From: Candidatus Bathyarchaeota archaeon
GTDB lineage: Archaea; Thermoproteota; Bathyarchaeia; Bathyarchaeales; Bathycorpusculaceae
DNA length: 64,000 nt
Assembly: GCA_963827165.1 (NCBI GenBank)
Contig: CAWGZR010000010.1
Location: 224,001 to 288,000, forward strand
Reading direction: 5' to 3'
A program made the position numbers and the translations under genes. Below, piece by piece: positions 10,056 to 20,809 of this stretch. Within the stretch, counting starts at the first letter, position 1. Each line of letters opens with the position of its first letter. Under the pieces are notes generated by a model that was not told where the DNA came from, ran no database searches, and worked only from the letters and a program-made list of their open reading frames with translations.

Positions 10056-12081
10056 TTATTCAATTAATTCTTCAGGTTTAACGGGCGTGTGTCTTATGCG
10101 TTTTCCGGAAACTTTTTCGATCGCTCTTACCAAAGCGATGGGAACGCCTATTGTCGGCGCTTCTCCTAAGCCTTTGGCATGATGTGGCTCAAATGAGGGA
10201 TTCTCAACTATCTGAATCGAAAAGGTGGGCATGTTTTCAGCCGTGGGCAAACCCGCTTCAAAAAGGTTTTTTGTAGCCAAATTGCCTTCGGCGTCATGGA
10301 TAACTTCTTCGTAAAGCACTTGTCCTATGCCTTGTATGGTTCCGCCGATTATTTGGCTTTCAACCATCTTGGGGTTAATCGACCGGCCAACGTCGTAGCA
10401 TGCTACGCATTCCTTCACTTTCACCATCCCGAACTTGTCGATGTCTACGGTTGCCAGTTCAGCGCCAAAAGAATTCAACTGAGGCTGAATTGGCCGCTCC
10501 CACACTTCAGATGAATTATTCACCCGAAAGCAAGTTCTCCAATGAGAATTTTCCCCATTTCTTTTCAACCTGCGCTTTCAATTTTCGAGCTGCGGCTACA
10601 ATTGCTGCCCCTCCAACAATGGCACTGCGGCTACCCCACGTGCCCACGCCGCCCTCAAGCATGTCAGTGTCGCCGTGGTTCAACATTACTAGTTCTTCAG
10701 GGATGCCTAGTTCATCCTTGAGCAGTTTCCTAACAAAAACGTAGTGTTCTTGACCGTGTTGGTTCCCGCCTAACCAAACGTTCACTTTACCATCTTTAAC
10801 AATTATACGTGCGGACTCTCCGGCCGAAATGAACCCTGGGACCAAAGTGAAGAAGCCAAGCCCAGCGTTCTCGCTTTTTGATCTTTCCCTGTATTTGAGG
10901 TCGGTAACGGCTTTAGTGAAGAATGGTCGTGAAGCATCTATTTCTATTCCTAATGGCGACTTGAATGGCTCGGTTGTCGTGTTGATGAGGCGGACCTCGT
11001 CGGCTTCCAAGCCTAGTTCATCTGCAAGTAGATCCATCATGCGTTCCATAAAGAATGCTGCTTCAGGCCTTCCTGCGCCGCGGTATGGTCCTTGTGGAGG
11101 CTTGTTAGTCATAACCGCCCTTGCGAGAACACGTGCTTTTTCGATGCCATAGGGACCCGTCATCTGCATTGAAATGAAAAAAGGCGCCCTTGACCCAGCA
11201 GTGCCGCCGTATGCGCCTGCATCCACAGTTACTTCTCCTCTTAGCGCTGCCACTTTGCCTTTCCTGTCGGCGAACAACTTGATTTTTCCCTGCACACCTC
11301 TGCCGGGCTGCATAGCAGTCAGTTCCTCGTTTCTGCTTGCAACCCATTTTATCGGTCGCTTAAACTTCATGGCAGCGTATGAAGCAATAATATATTCTGG
11401 GTAAATGGCGCTTTTCGAACCGAAGGCGCCTCCGGTATCCGCTTGGATAACATGCAGCTGCTTCCTATCTATTTTTAGAGAAGCGCTTATGCCTTCTTGC
11501 ATACTGTTGACTGACTGGGTGGAGATGTAAACTGTTAGTCTTGACCCGTCAAAATCCGCGATTAAACCGTGGGGTTCCAAGGAGTTATTGGCTATTCTGG
11601 CGTTTGCAAACTCATCCTCAAGCACTACTGGCGAATTTGGGTCTTCGAAATCGTTGCCGACCCACGTTTGGCTGATAACATTGGATTGCGTCCTAGGGTG
11701 CATTGGACTGGCAGCAAGGGATTCCTCCACGTTCATTGCGGGCTTGAGTTTTTCATACTCAACCTCCACTTCATCCAACTTGTCTTCTGCTTCATAGCGA
11801 TCATCTGCAAAAACAGCGGCAACTGGTTGACCCGCATAGTACACTTTTTCTTGGGCAAGGGCTGGATGCTGCAAAGCTGGATTCATTCCGCCTCCGACGC
11901 TTCCCTCACCTGCGCTACCCACTGCCAATTTCAGCTCGTTGCCGTTCAAGCCGCCTTTTACCGAAATTATGCGCGCGTGTGCATAGGGGCTTCGTGCAAC
12001 CATCATATATAGTATGTTTGGAAGTTTAATGTCGTCAACGTATCTTCCTGCGCCTTTAACCAGAAGGTTGGATTCACTCAC
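10056..12081 (-). CDS. Xanthine dehydrogenase / CODH family molybdopterin-binding large subunit (frameshift near 10520)
   Basis: GAGRYVDDI, RSPYAHA, DTGGAFGSK, PYRGAGRPEA, GTWGSRS, INPKMVESQIIGG, AKGLGE. Confidence 0.85.
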
Positions 12082-12569
12082 TGCTTGACAGCCTCCTGCT
12101 TCTTCATCATTTCTTGAGCGTACTTGACTGCCTCAACGATTCCGCGGTAGCCTGTGCATCGGCAGATGTTGCCGTGCAGCATGTGCTTTATTTCTTCTTC
12201 GCTCAGGTGCCTGTTTTGATTTAGCATCCAGCAACTGGTCATTATCATTCCGGGCGTTGAGAAACCGCATTGCAATCCTTGCTTTTCAATAAAAGCGCGC
12301 TGAATAAGATGCAAATGGCCTTTTTCCTCCAAGCCTTCGATAGTGAGTATTTCTTTGCCGTTAGCTTGGACGCCTAGTATCGTACAGGATTTGACCGCTT
12401 TGCCATCAACCAGGACTGTGCATGCACCGCAATTTGTTGTTTCGCAGCCCTGATGGGTTCCCGTCAGACCAAGGTCATCTCGGAGTACGCTTACCAAAAG
12501 GCGCCTAGGTTCCAACTCAAGCTCAAATGGTCTTCCGTTCACCCTAAAATTTGTCTTAACTTTTTTCAT
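12078..12569 (-). CDS. 2Fe-2S small subunit (CoxS/CutS-like)
   Basis: GCETTNCGACTV, QCGFSTPG, GNICRCTGY. Confidence 0.9.
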   Translation of the reverse strand: MKKVKTNFRVNGRPFELELEPRRLLVSVLRDDLGLTGTHQGCETTNCGACTVLVDGKAVKSCTILGVQANGKEILTIEGLEEKGHLHLIQRAFIEKQGLQCGFSTPGMIMTSCWMLNQNRHLSEEEIKHMLHGNICRCTGYRGIVEAVKYAQEMMKKQEAVKQ

Positions 12570-13461
12570 AATCTCCCATCACCGCTCTTTTGAAAGACAA
12601 TTCCAAAGCGTCTTTCACAAGAATACCCAAAATTTTCCGTCGATACTCAGCTGAAGCGTAAAGGTCACTGACCGGTTGGGAAGCCTTCACCGCGAGCTCG
12701 GCAGCGAGATCCGAAAGAACAGGCTCTAACTTTTTTCCCACAAGTGCTTGTTCGGCTTTTTGAAGCCTGAGAGTTTTTGGCCCCACACCGGTCAACGCCA
12801 ATCTGCATGATGAGACCGAATTATCGTCTTCAATGGAAATGTTTGCTGCCACACCAGCTATTGTAAAGCCGCCGCAGCCCTTCTTGACCTTGCGATAAGC
12901 ATTTCCACATCTTTCTGTTTGCAAAGGAATTTGAATTTCCGTGAGAATCTCGCATGGTTCAATTAAAGTTTTGTGAGAGCTGACGTAAAGCCGTTCCACA
13001 TCAATTTTTCGGTTCCCGCCAAAAGAAGACAAAACAACTGAAGCATTAAGGGCGATCATCGGAGCAGGCAAATCGTTTACTGGGTCGCCGTAGCAAAGAT
13101 TGCCGCCGACCGTTCCGAGGTTTCTCACGAGCGGGTCGGCAATTTCGGAAGCTGCATCCTTTAGAATAGGCAGCGAAGAAGAAAGCGGTAAATCGTTTTC
13201 TAAGGTACTCACCGTTGTTAAGGCACCGATTTTATACGTATCGCTTTCTTTGCGGATGTAATTGAGCTGTTCGATTCCAGTTATGTCAACGACGCTCTTG
13301 AGCGAAGATATCAATGTGGAATTGCGTGTTTTCAGGGCGGGTATGAGACTTTGACCACCCGCCAACACTTTCACTTGTGAATCGCCATTTTTGAGAAGCT
13401 CTAAAGCCTCGCCGAGACTTTTCGGCGCGAAATAATCAAAAGATCGAGGAAACATGACCAA
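12556..13461 (-). CDS. FAD-binding medium subunit (CoxM/CutM-like)
   Basis: LAGGQSLIP, VRNLGTVGGN, ASAEYRR. Confidence 0.9.
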   Translation of the reverse strand: MVMFPRSFDYFAPKSLGEALELLKNGDSQVKVLAGGQSLIPALKTRNSTLISSLKSVVDITGIEQLNYIRKESDTYKIGALTTVSTLENDLPLSSSLPILKDAASEIADPLVRNLGTVGGNLCYGDPVNDLPAPMIALNASVVLSSFGGNRKIDVERLYVSSHKTLIEPCEILTEIQIPLQTERCGNAYRKVKKGCGGFTIAGVAANISIEDDNSVSSCRLALTGVGPKTLRLQKAEQALVGKKLEPVLSDLAAELAVKASQPVSDLYASAEYRRKILGILVKDALELSFKRAVMGDYEKS

Positions 13462-13606
13462 ACACTACTCGCAAGAGAAAGTTCAACAGTTTGCAGGATA
13501 TAAACAATTGTTGGCACGCAACGGTTTCAATTTTAATTTATAACCCAAGAAAAACCGCAAAATTATTTGGACGAGATCATTTGTGAAAAAAACAAAAAGA
13601 AGTTCG

Positions 13607-14554
13607 TTAAGCCGCCGAATTAGCTTTTTCGAAGAGCACATTCGGGCTCATTAGATTAGCCTGTAACTCTTTTCGGAGTTCCTGCAGCGAAATGTTTGTG
13701 CGAACAATCGGCAGCTTGTATCCGCCCTTTTTCAGAAGTGATCTGACGACTGTGTTTTCCCGAACTTTATCTTCGAAAACCACGAAACGAACCCGGAAGT
13801 TGTTTTTCTCAAGAATAACCAATAACTCATCCATCTTTTGAGGAGAAATAAACGGCAACCCATAGTGCAGCTCAACAAGAATTTTGACGTCGCCTTTGAG
13901 GGTTTCAGGCATCCCTTTGATGATTTGGTATTCCCATCCTTCAACGTCCATTCGAATTAGTTTGGGACTATCCTTTCCTTTGCAAAAAGAATCCACTGTT
14001 TCAACTTGCACTGGCTGCGCGCGTTGGATTTTGCCGCCGACAGCGTTTTTATTCATGGCGCATAAGTTGGATTCGTTACAGACGTAGATTTCTGATGTTT
14101 CGACTTTTTCGCCGAAGGCAAAATTAAACGCCGAAACATTCTTCAGGTTGTTTAGGCGCACGTTGTTCTCCATTAATTGAAAGGTGCTGGTTACGGGTTC
14201 TACGGCAAAGACCTTTCCTGTTTTCCCAACGAGCTGCGATTCAATTAGAACGTAGTAGCCAATGTTGGCTCCTATGTCTAATACGGTGTCGCCTTCTTTG
14301 AGGATTTTTGAGTTAATCAAAAACTCGGTGCAGAGCGGTTCTCTCTTCTTGTACAGAAAAAGATCGTAGTTGATACCGCCTTGCCTTGGGAAAAGAAACA
14401 TTTTTGAGTTATTTATTCTTGTAATGGTTGCTTCGGGTAGGTATTTTATGCGTTCGCCAACTCGTTTTAGTGCTATCGCCAAAATCATTGAGGACGTCTT
14501 AGCTAACCCGTTACGTCGGGCAAGTTTTATTGTTCTGGAAAAAGGAACACTCAA
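13607..14554 (-). CDS. FkbM family methyltransferase
   Basis: VLDIGANIGYY, FAVEP, IRMDVEGWE; start inferred at TTG 14554 after GGAGG. Confidence 0.85.
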   Translation of the reverse strand: MSVPFSRTIKLARRNGLAKTSSMILAIALKRVGERIKYLPEATITRINNSKMFLFPRQGGINYDLFLYKKREPLCTEFLINSKILKEGDTVLDIGANIGYYVLIESQLVGKTGKVFAVEPVTSTFQLMENNVRLNNLKNVSAFNFAFGEKVETSEIYVCNESNLCAMNKNAVGGKIQRAQPVQVETVDSFCKGKDSPKLIRMDVEGWEYQIIKGMPETLKGDVKILVELHYGLPFISPQKMDELLVILEKNNFRVRFVVFEDKVRENTVVRSLLKKGGYKLPIVRTNISLQELRKELQANLMSPNVLFEKANSAA

Positions 14555-14757
14555 GTTAAACCCTCCTGTAAACCCAAACTTAGTTTTTTCTTTTCGAGAG
14601 GCACACTGTTGGGACATCTCTCTGAACGAGTCCAGTCGGGAATGTCTAGCTTCATTTTCAAGCGTCTGTTTAACGAAAACTGTTGTTGCTTCATTTAAAC
14701 ATGTTGCTAAACCACGCAGACCCACGCAGAAAACGACAATCGAAAAAACCGGCCAAT

Positions 14758-17700
14758 TTAACGTTGTTTTGGCGGGAAGAGGTCTTGAAAGTCAATGTTA
14801 ATCTGGCCATATTTCTGTTGTATCGCCCTGTTTATGTTTAGCCAATCGTCAAATATCAAAGGCCAAATGTCGCTGGTTACGACGCGCTTGGTCACGTATT
14901 CTTTGATCGGCCCCGTCCTCTTGATTATACGCCTGTGCCAATCAACCTCGATTAAACCACCCCGACGCAGATGCTGCAAGTTCTGATAGACGCGGTCTGG
15001 GTCAGCGGGAAAGTTTAGACTCTTCAGATCTTCAATTAGAGAATCAAGTGAGATCTCGTTTTCTTGGCGCAAGCAAACTACTGCAGCTATGTCTAGAGCC
15101 AACCTTCTGTTTGAACTTAAGTACAAAGTTCTCCGTTTCGGAACTAAAACCTGCTCAATCCTAAACGCGTGGCGTTTGTAGAACCAGCGTTTGACAACTT
15201 CAGCGAGCATCAGGTAAACCACGATAAATGTCACTAGGAAAGCGTAGAATAATGGAGGAGGAGGATAAAACTTGAACACTCTGCCCAACGGTGTGTAGGG
15301 TATTATGAAGGCTGCGGCAACCACTGAGAAACTGCTGACAACCAGATATTTCCCAGGTTTGCTTTTCCAAAACGGCGACTGCCTAGTCCTAATCACAAAA
15401 ACAACGATTGTTTGGGTACAAAGTGACTCTATGAACCAAGCCGTTTGAAATTGTGATTGCTGAATAGCCGTTGCTAACGGAACCCCTGCCGCAGTCACAC
15501 CAAGAGGAATACCAAAAACCAGAACCATAGTGAAGAAAGTTGCGTAATCGAAAATTGAGCTTAAAGGCCCTTCAAGAATCATAAAGTTCCTAATGAAAGA
15601 TATGTCCCACCTTTTTGGGCGCTCTAAATATTCTTCATCTACGTTATCAGTTGCTATCGTGGTTTGGGAAGCTGTGTACAAAAGGTTGTTTAGCAATATT
15701 TGAATGGAAATCATCGGAAAGAATGGTAAGAAAAGAGCCCCACCCGCTACACTGAACATGTTCCCAAAGTTTGAGCTGATACCCATCATCACGTACTTCA
15801 TTGTGTTGCCGAATGTTTTCCTACCTTCAACCACACCTTCGGCTAGCACCGTTAAGTCATTTTCTAAAAGAATAATGTCTGCCGCTTCTTTAGCGACGTC
15901 TACAGCGTTGTTAACAGAAACACCGACATCAGACGTTTTAAGAGAGGGCGCATCGTTTATTCCATCACCCATGAAGCCGACAACATGACCATTGCTCTTC
16001 AACAAATTGATTATCCGGTCCTTTTGCACAGGAGTAACGCGAGCAAACACGTTAGCCTCTTCAACGACCCTGGCTAACGCGTCATCGTGCATCTGGGCGA
16101 TTTCCCCTCCCAGAACTACACCTTTAATTTCGAAACCAAGCTGCTCACACACTTTTCTTGTAACTAGTTCATTGTCACCAGTCACGATTTTTAGTTCAAT
16201 TCCTTCTTTGGCAAGCAGTCGTATTGACTCTTTAGCTGTCTGCTTCGGCGGGTCCAAGAAAGCGATAAAACCAAGAAAGACCATGTCAGTTTCATCGTTT
16301 ACCGAGTAGGTAGTTTTTTCTATTTTGAGTTTTTTGTATGCTACGCCTAAGACCCTTAAGCCTTCAGAACTCAAGTCGAAGTATTTCTGTTCTATTCTTT
16401 TTCTGACTTCTTCGCTTATGTCCTGGATAAAACCGTCTATTTCGCAATAAGTTGAGACCTTCAAAATCTCTTCTGGAGCTCCTTTTGCTATCAAAATTCT
16501 TTCCCGTTGCTGCTCGACTACGACTGAAACACGTCTTCTTACAAAATCAAAAGGAACTTCATCGATTTTCTGGAAAGGGGACACGTCAATTTCTTTGTGG
16601 ATAAGGATAGCCTCGTCGAGTGGGCTTTTGAGTCCAGTTTGGTAAAAGCTGTTTAGATATGAGTAATGGAGAACTTTGTCGTCGTCTTTACCTTCAAAAT
16701 CAATATGCATAATAAGAGATATGCTGTTTTCCGTCAAGGTTCCTGTTTTGTCCGTGCACAAAACATTCATGCTGCCGAAATTCTCGATCGAAGGCAAATG
16801 CTTGACTATGACGCCTTTCTTGGACATGTTTACTGCGCCCTTCGATAGGTTCATAGTAATAATCATGGGCAAGAGCTCAGGAGTCAACCCTACTGCGAGA
16901 GCAGCAGCAAAAAGCAGTGAATCTATCAAACTGCGGTGGAACAAGGCGAGAACGGCAAAAACGAAGATGATAAGAACAAAAGTGACTTGCATGATGAGAT
17001 AACTGAAGCCTTTAACGCCTCGTTCAAATTCAGTTTCAGGCGGCTTCGAAACGAGCCTCTTAGCGATTTTCCCATACTCTGTTGAACCACCTGTTTTCGC
17101 AACCACAGCCGTTGAACTGCCGCTTACGACGGAAGTCCCCATGAACAAGTAGTTATCCCATTCTGTGATTGAACCAGACGATAGATTAACAGAAGCTAAC
17201 TTGTTTGCTGTTTTTTCAACTGGGAATGATTCCCCAGTTAAAGAGCTCTGATTGATAAAGAGGTCTTTAGCTGTAATTATTCTTGCGTCAGCGGGAGCTA
17301 TGTCTCCGGCAGAAAGGTAAATTATGTCTCCAGGAACCACCTGGGAAAGCTTAACCTCTTTCTTGGCGTTATCGCGGATCACAGTCGCTGTAGTGCTGAC
17401 CTTTTCCCTTAGAAGTTCAGCGGAGTTTTCAGCTTTAGACTCCTGGTAATGATCGATGCTGACGCTGATCAATACGATCACAAAAATTATGGAGAAGTCT
17501 GGAATGTCGCCGGTGGCTCCTGCGAAAGCGCTCGCAGCTAAAAGTATCAGGATAAGCGGGCTTTTAAAATGGAGAAGAAAACTGACGATGTTGGAACGTT
17601 TCATTTTTCGCGCTAATTCGTTGGTACCGTAAATACTGATTCTTCGTTCCGCGTCTTCGGTGCTAAGACCTTGTGTTGAAGTCCCAAGCTTGGACAGTAA

Positions 17701-17832
17701 GTCATCCGCGGGCAGAGTCAAAACTTCGTCCGTGGTTACCGGCGGCTGCGCTACAGGAACATTTTCTTTGACTGTGAATATTTCTGGGTTGCTTTGCGCG
17801 CCATTCGCCAAGTTCTCCCCGCCAGCATCCAC
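14758..17832 (-). CDS. mgtA: Magnesium-translocating P-type ATPase with C-terminal wHTH-like extension
   Basis: TGES, PEL, DKTGT, KGAPE, TGDN, GDGINDAP, SSNFGNMFS. Confidence 0.9.
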   Translation of the reverse strand: MDAGGENLANGAQSNPEIFTVKENVPVAQPPVTTDEVLTLPADDLLSKLGTSTQGLSTEDAERRISIYGTNELARKMKRSNIVSFLLHFKSPLILILLAASAFAGATGDIPDFSIIFVIVLISVSIDHYQESKAENSAELLREKVSTTATVIRDNAKKEVKLSQVVPGDIIYLSAGDIAPADARIITAKDLFINQSSLTGESFPVEKTANKLASVNLSSGSITEWDNYLFMGTSVVSGSSTAVVAKTGGSTEYGKIAKRLVSKPPETEFERGVKGFSYLIMQVTFVLIIFVFAVLALFHRSLIDSLLFAAALAVGLTPELLPMIITMNLSKGAVNMSKKGVIVKHLPSIENFGSMNVLCTDKTGTLTENSISLIMHIDFEGKDDDKVLHYSYLNSFYQTGLKSPLDEAILIHKEIDVSPFQKIDEVPFDFVRRRVSVVVEQQRERILIAKGAPEEILKVSTYCEIDGFIQDISEEVRKRIEQKYFDLSSEGLRVLGVAYKKLKIEKTTYSVNDETDMVFLGFIAFLDPPKQTAKESIRLLAKEGIELKIVTGDNELVTRKVCEQLGFEIKGVVLGGEIAQMHDDALARVVEEANVFARVTPVQKDRIINLLKSNGHVVGFMGDGINDAPSLKTSDVGVSVNNAVDVAKEAADIILLENDLTVLAEGVVEGRKTFGNTMKYVMMGISSNFGNMFSVAGGALFLPFFPMISIQILLNNLLYTASQTTIATDNVDEEYLERPKRWDISFIRNFMILEGPLSSIFDYATFFTMVLVFGIPLGVTAAGVPLATAIQQSQFQTAWFIESLCTQTIVVFVIRTRQSPFWKSKPGKYLVVSSFSVVAAAFIIPYTPLGRVFKFYPPPPLFYAFLVTFIVVYLMLAEVVKRWFYKRHAFRIEQVLVPKRRTLYLSSNRRLALDIAAVVCLRQENEISLDSLIEDLKSLNFPADPDRVYQNLQHLRRGGLIEVDWHRRIIKRTGPIKEYVTKRVVTSDIWPLIFDDWLNINRAIQQKYGQINIDFQDLFPPKQR

Positions 17833-18116
17833 TCCGAGAAGAGCGAAAAGATTCTAGCATACAACCAGTACACATCATTTATAAAAACCCTCGCAAAACT
17901 AATCCAAAACTCTGCCTGAAAAAAGTGTCACCCGACTTCTCTTAACCATCTTTATATGTGTTTTCGAAAAACCGCTTGAAAGCTTGCCAAAAAAAGCGCC
18001 TTCTCGAAAAATTTCTTCAAACAAAAAATAGGTTAAGAAAAATTGATAATTAATAATTCTTTTTATACCCTACTTTTATTACTCTAACCATCCAATAAGC
18101 AGCCCGTGATAATTGT

Positions 18117-19163
18117 TTGAGTCCAGACCTCAAAAAAGCAGCATCCGTTACATTACGCTCACTTGCACCAGGTAAACCTCATCACGCTCAGTGGCTAGTA
18201 ACAAGAAAATGCAATTACCGCTGTGCAGGCTGCAGCGTCTGGAAAGAACAGAATGATGAAAGTGAACTTCCGGCTGAAGAGATAAAAAAAGGGTTGGATA
18301 TCTTAAAGAAACTTGGAGTAGCAGAAGTGGTTATCTCAGGAGGAGACCCCCTTCTTAGAGACGATATCGGCGAAATAATCGATCACGCCACAAAATCATT
18401 CATCACAACAGTCTATGACAACGGCAGTATGGCTGCAAAAAAAATTGATCTTCTCCGAAACGTAGATTTCGTCGCCATTTCAATCGACAGTCTGGACGAA
18501 GCGAAAAACGATTCGATCAAAACTGTCCCTGGCGCATGGAAAAGGGCGATGGAAACGGTGGAGACCCTACACAGTGAAGGAATAAACGTCAGTGTGACGC
18601 CGACAATCTCGCAGAAAAACCTGTATGAAATTGCCGAATTAACCGAATATTTCACCCAAAAAGAAATCCCAGTTTGGTACTCGCTCTACTCGTACGATGC
18701 TTCAGCGAATGAAGAACAACTTTTTAGAATCGGAAAAGAAAACGACGAATTCATAATTACCGACAAGCAAGCCATGGTTAAACTCTGGGATTCAATAATT
18801 GAAATGAAAAAGAAAAACAAGAAAATACTGATGACAAAAAAACTGCTAAAATCACTGAAAAACTTCTACCAAGAAGACAAAAGAACATGGAAATGCGAGG
18901 CACTCAAAAACTTTTTCGTCATTGACCCATTAGGCAGAGTAGCAGGATGCCACAGCCAAGACTTCGCAGGCTCGGTGTTCGATTTGCCTAAGCTCTGGAA
19001 AAGCCAAGAATTTAAAGACCTACGCCGAGGCTACCGAGAATGCAAAGAATGCAATTATTTGTGCTACATTTTTTATTCGCTGCAGGGAGGCCCGCGTGGA
19101 AATGTGTCTGTAGCTTTTGACCAATGGAGAAACGCTGGTTTAGTTTTTAAAAAAAGCCGTTAA
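18117..19163 (+). CDS. Radical SAM protein with C-terminal SPASM/twitch-like cysteines
   Basis: CNYRCAGC, ISGGDPLLR, C-terminal CEA..GCH..CKEC..C. Confidence 0.85.
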   Translation: MSPDLKKAASVTLRSLAPGKPHHAQWLVTRKCNYRCAGCSVWKEQNDESELPAEEIKKGLDILKKLGVAEVVISGGDPLLRDDIGEIIDHATKSFITTVYDNGSMAAKKIDLLRNVDFVAISIDSLDEAKNDSIKTVPGAWKRAMETVETLHSEGINVSVTPTISQKNLYEIAELTEYFTQKEIPVWYSLYSYDASANEEQLFRIGKENDEFIITDKQAMVKLWDSIIEMKKKNKKILMTKKLLKSLKNFYQEDKRTWKCEALKNFFVIDPLGRVAGCHSQDFAGSVFDLPKLWKSQEFKDLRRGYRECKECNYLCYIFYSLQGGPRGNVSVAFDQWRNAGLVFKKSR

Positions 19164-19218
19164 GACTTTGTATTTCAAATGGTCTATATACAATCAGCAG
19201 TCTTTATGGTGGACAGTC

Positions 19219-19836
19219 TCATTGCGTCAACGCAGAACTCGGTACAACAACGCTGCCTATTACTCTGCACAAAACCTCAAAAACTTCGTCAGCATTCAAT
19301 TTATCAGTATCTAAAACCAAGTCAAAAGGCGCGAAATCTTCACCCAAAACAAAACCGTAAAGCTTCTGATAAATCGCTCTCGTTCTAGATTCCTTCTCTT
19401 CCAGAACCTTTATCGCCTCTTCAGGGGAAATTCCGTCACGCACGGCAACTCTGGCAGCTCTCTTCTCAATCGAAGCCATCAGCCAAATTTTAAAACCGCC
19501 TTTCAGCAGCCACGGCATGGTCCAGCTGTCCAAAAGGACATTTCCTTTAGCAGCGTACTCCAACAGTTTGGCATCTACGGCCTGATCAAATTTAGGGTCA
19601 CCAGCTCTTTTCTTAAGAAAATTCAAGCCTTCAGTGGTTTCCCACCAACCTTCACATGACGCGTCCAAACCCTCGGCTTTTGCCAGCTCCTTTAGCGCGT
19701 CGCCGCCTGAATAACATTTAAGGTCGTATTTTTTCGCAAGCTTCTTTGATAACGTGCTTTTTCCTGTTCCAGCCATTCCTGAAATACAGATTACCATTTT
19801 TGTGTCATGAAAACATGGGACAGATTGTTTTGACAT
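19219..19836 (-). CDS. cmk: Cytidylate kinase (archaeal type)
   Basis: ICISGMAGTGKST P-loop, RAARVAVRDG, YQKLYG; follows DUF106 gene. Confidence 0.85.
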   Translation of the reverse strand: MSKQSVPCFHDTKMVICISGMAGTGKSTLSKKLAKKYDLKCYSGGDALKELAKAEGLDASCEGWWETTEGLNFLKKRAGDPKFDQAVDAKLLEYAAKGNVLLDSWTMPWLLKGGFKIWLMASIEKRAARVAVRDGISPEEAIKVLEEKESRTRAIYQKLYGFVLGEDFAPFDLVLDTDKLNADEVFEVLCRVIGSVVVPSSALTQ

Positions 19837-19858
19837 CCTTGGGCACCTTTTTGCTGAG

Positions 19859-20809
19859 TTAGGGTTCAATCGGCATTATTCCAAGTAATCGTGATGCTAA
19901 CAGTCCGAGGAAGAACGAGCAGATTGGATACCAGTAGACTACTGAGACGCCGCCGAGACCTGGCAGGTAAACCATTGAGGTAATTCCATAGGTTGGTGTC
20001 AAAACGAAAATCCATATGAAGATATACAGAAATGATACGCCAAGTTGAACCATCTGCGGCTTGAGCATTTTTGCCTGCATGTTATTAATTTGGGATTGCC
20101 TTTTCTTGAGTTTTTCCATCTGTTTCTTGTCCTTACTTCTTGCGGCGGCCATAGTTTCTTGTCTGTACTCGTTCATCTCCTTTTGCATAACCCTGTACTG
20201 TTCCCAGCCTATGAAATAGTTGATTAGAACTCTGTTCAACGCGGTGTTTAAGAAGGCGATGCCTAGCGCGATAACCAATATCAAAAGGGCAGCGGTAATC
20301 GAGCTTATGGCGACGGAAGAACTTTTCGTTAGGGTAATTAGTTGTGGGACGTTAACTCCGGTAGAGGTCGTATTTCCGTTAACGCCAACCACCCAGTTGT
20401 AAGTCCCTTCAGGCAAGGGGTTTCTTGCATTAAAAGTGAAAGTGACACCCTGACTCGAGCTTAACCCTGTTGCTGATCCATAAAGAAGAATGTATTCTTT
20501 AGAACTGGTTTTGGAAGTTTCCAGAGTCGCGGTCCATCCCTGCGAAGTTGGCTGCGTAACAGCAAAATTGCCGATGTTACTGTAGCCAGATGGAACCGTT
20601 ATGTTCGCGCTGCCAATGGTGTCGGTTCCAGTGTTGGTTATTGCAACCGTGTACGATGTATTTTGCCCAACGGCGGAAGACTTAGCGGAGATAGATGCTG
20701 AAGCGCTCAAACCGCTTGAAGCTGACGCCGAAGCAGTTAAGAGGCTTATTGCTGAAACTGCAACCAACGCAAGTATCAAGGCAATAAACATTTTCTTCAT
20801 TACTTTCAT
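19859..20809 (-). CDS. EMC3/TMCO1 (DUF106, Oxa1 superfamily) membrane protein with N-terminal extracellular domain
   Basis: TM, coiled coil QKEMNEYRQE..KKQMEKLKK, MLKPQ, WYPICS; usual position between secY and cmk. Confidence 0.8.
   Translation of the reverse strand: MKVMKKMFIALILALVAVSAISLLTASASASSGLSASASISAKSSAVGQNTSYTVAITNTGTDTIGSANITVPSGYSNIGNFAVTQPTSQGWTATLETSKTSSKEYILLYGSATGLSSSQGVTFTFNARNPLPEGTYNWVVGVNGNTTSTGVNVPQLITLTKSSSVAISSITAALLILVIALGIAFLNTALNRVLINYFIGWEQYRVMQKEMNEYRQETMAAARSKDKKQMEKLKKRQSQINNMQAKMLKPQMVQLGVSFLYIFIWIFVLTPTYGITSMVYLPGLGGVSVVYWYPICSFFLGLLASRLLGIMPIEP

Noticed and set aside
10056-12081. True aerobic CO dehydrogenase, or a naturally split large subunit
   Set aside because: Lacks the AYxCSFR motif; the split matches the indel errors seen across the window
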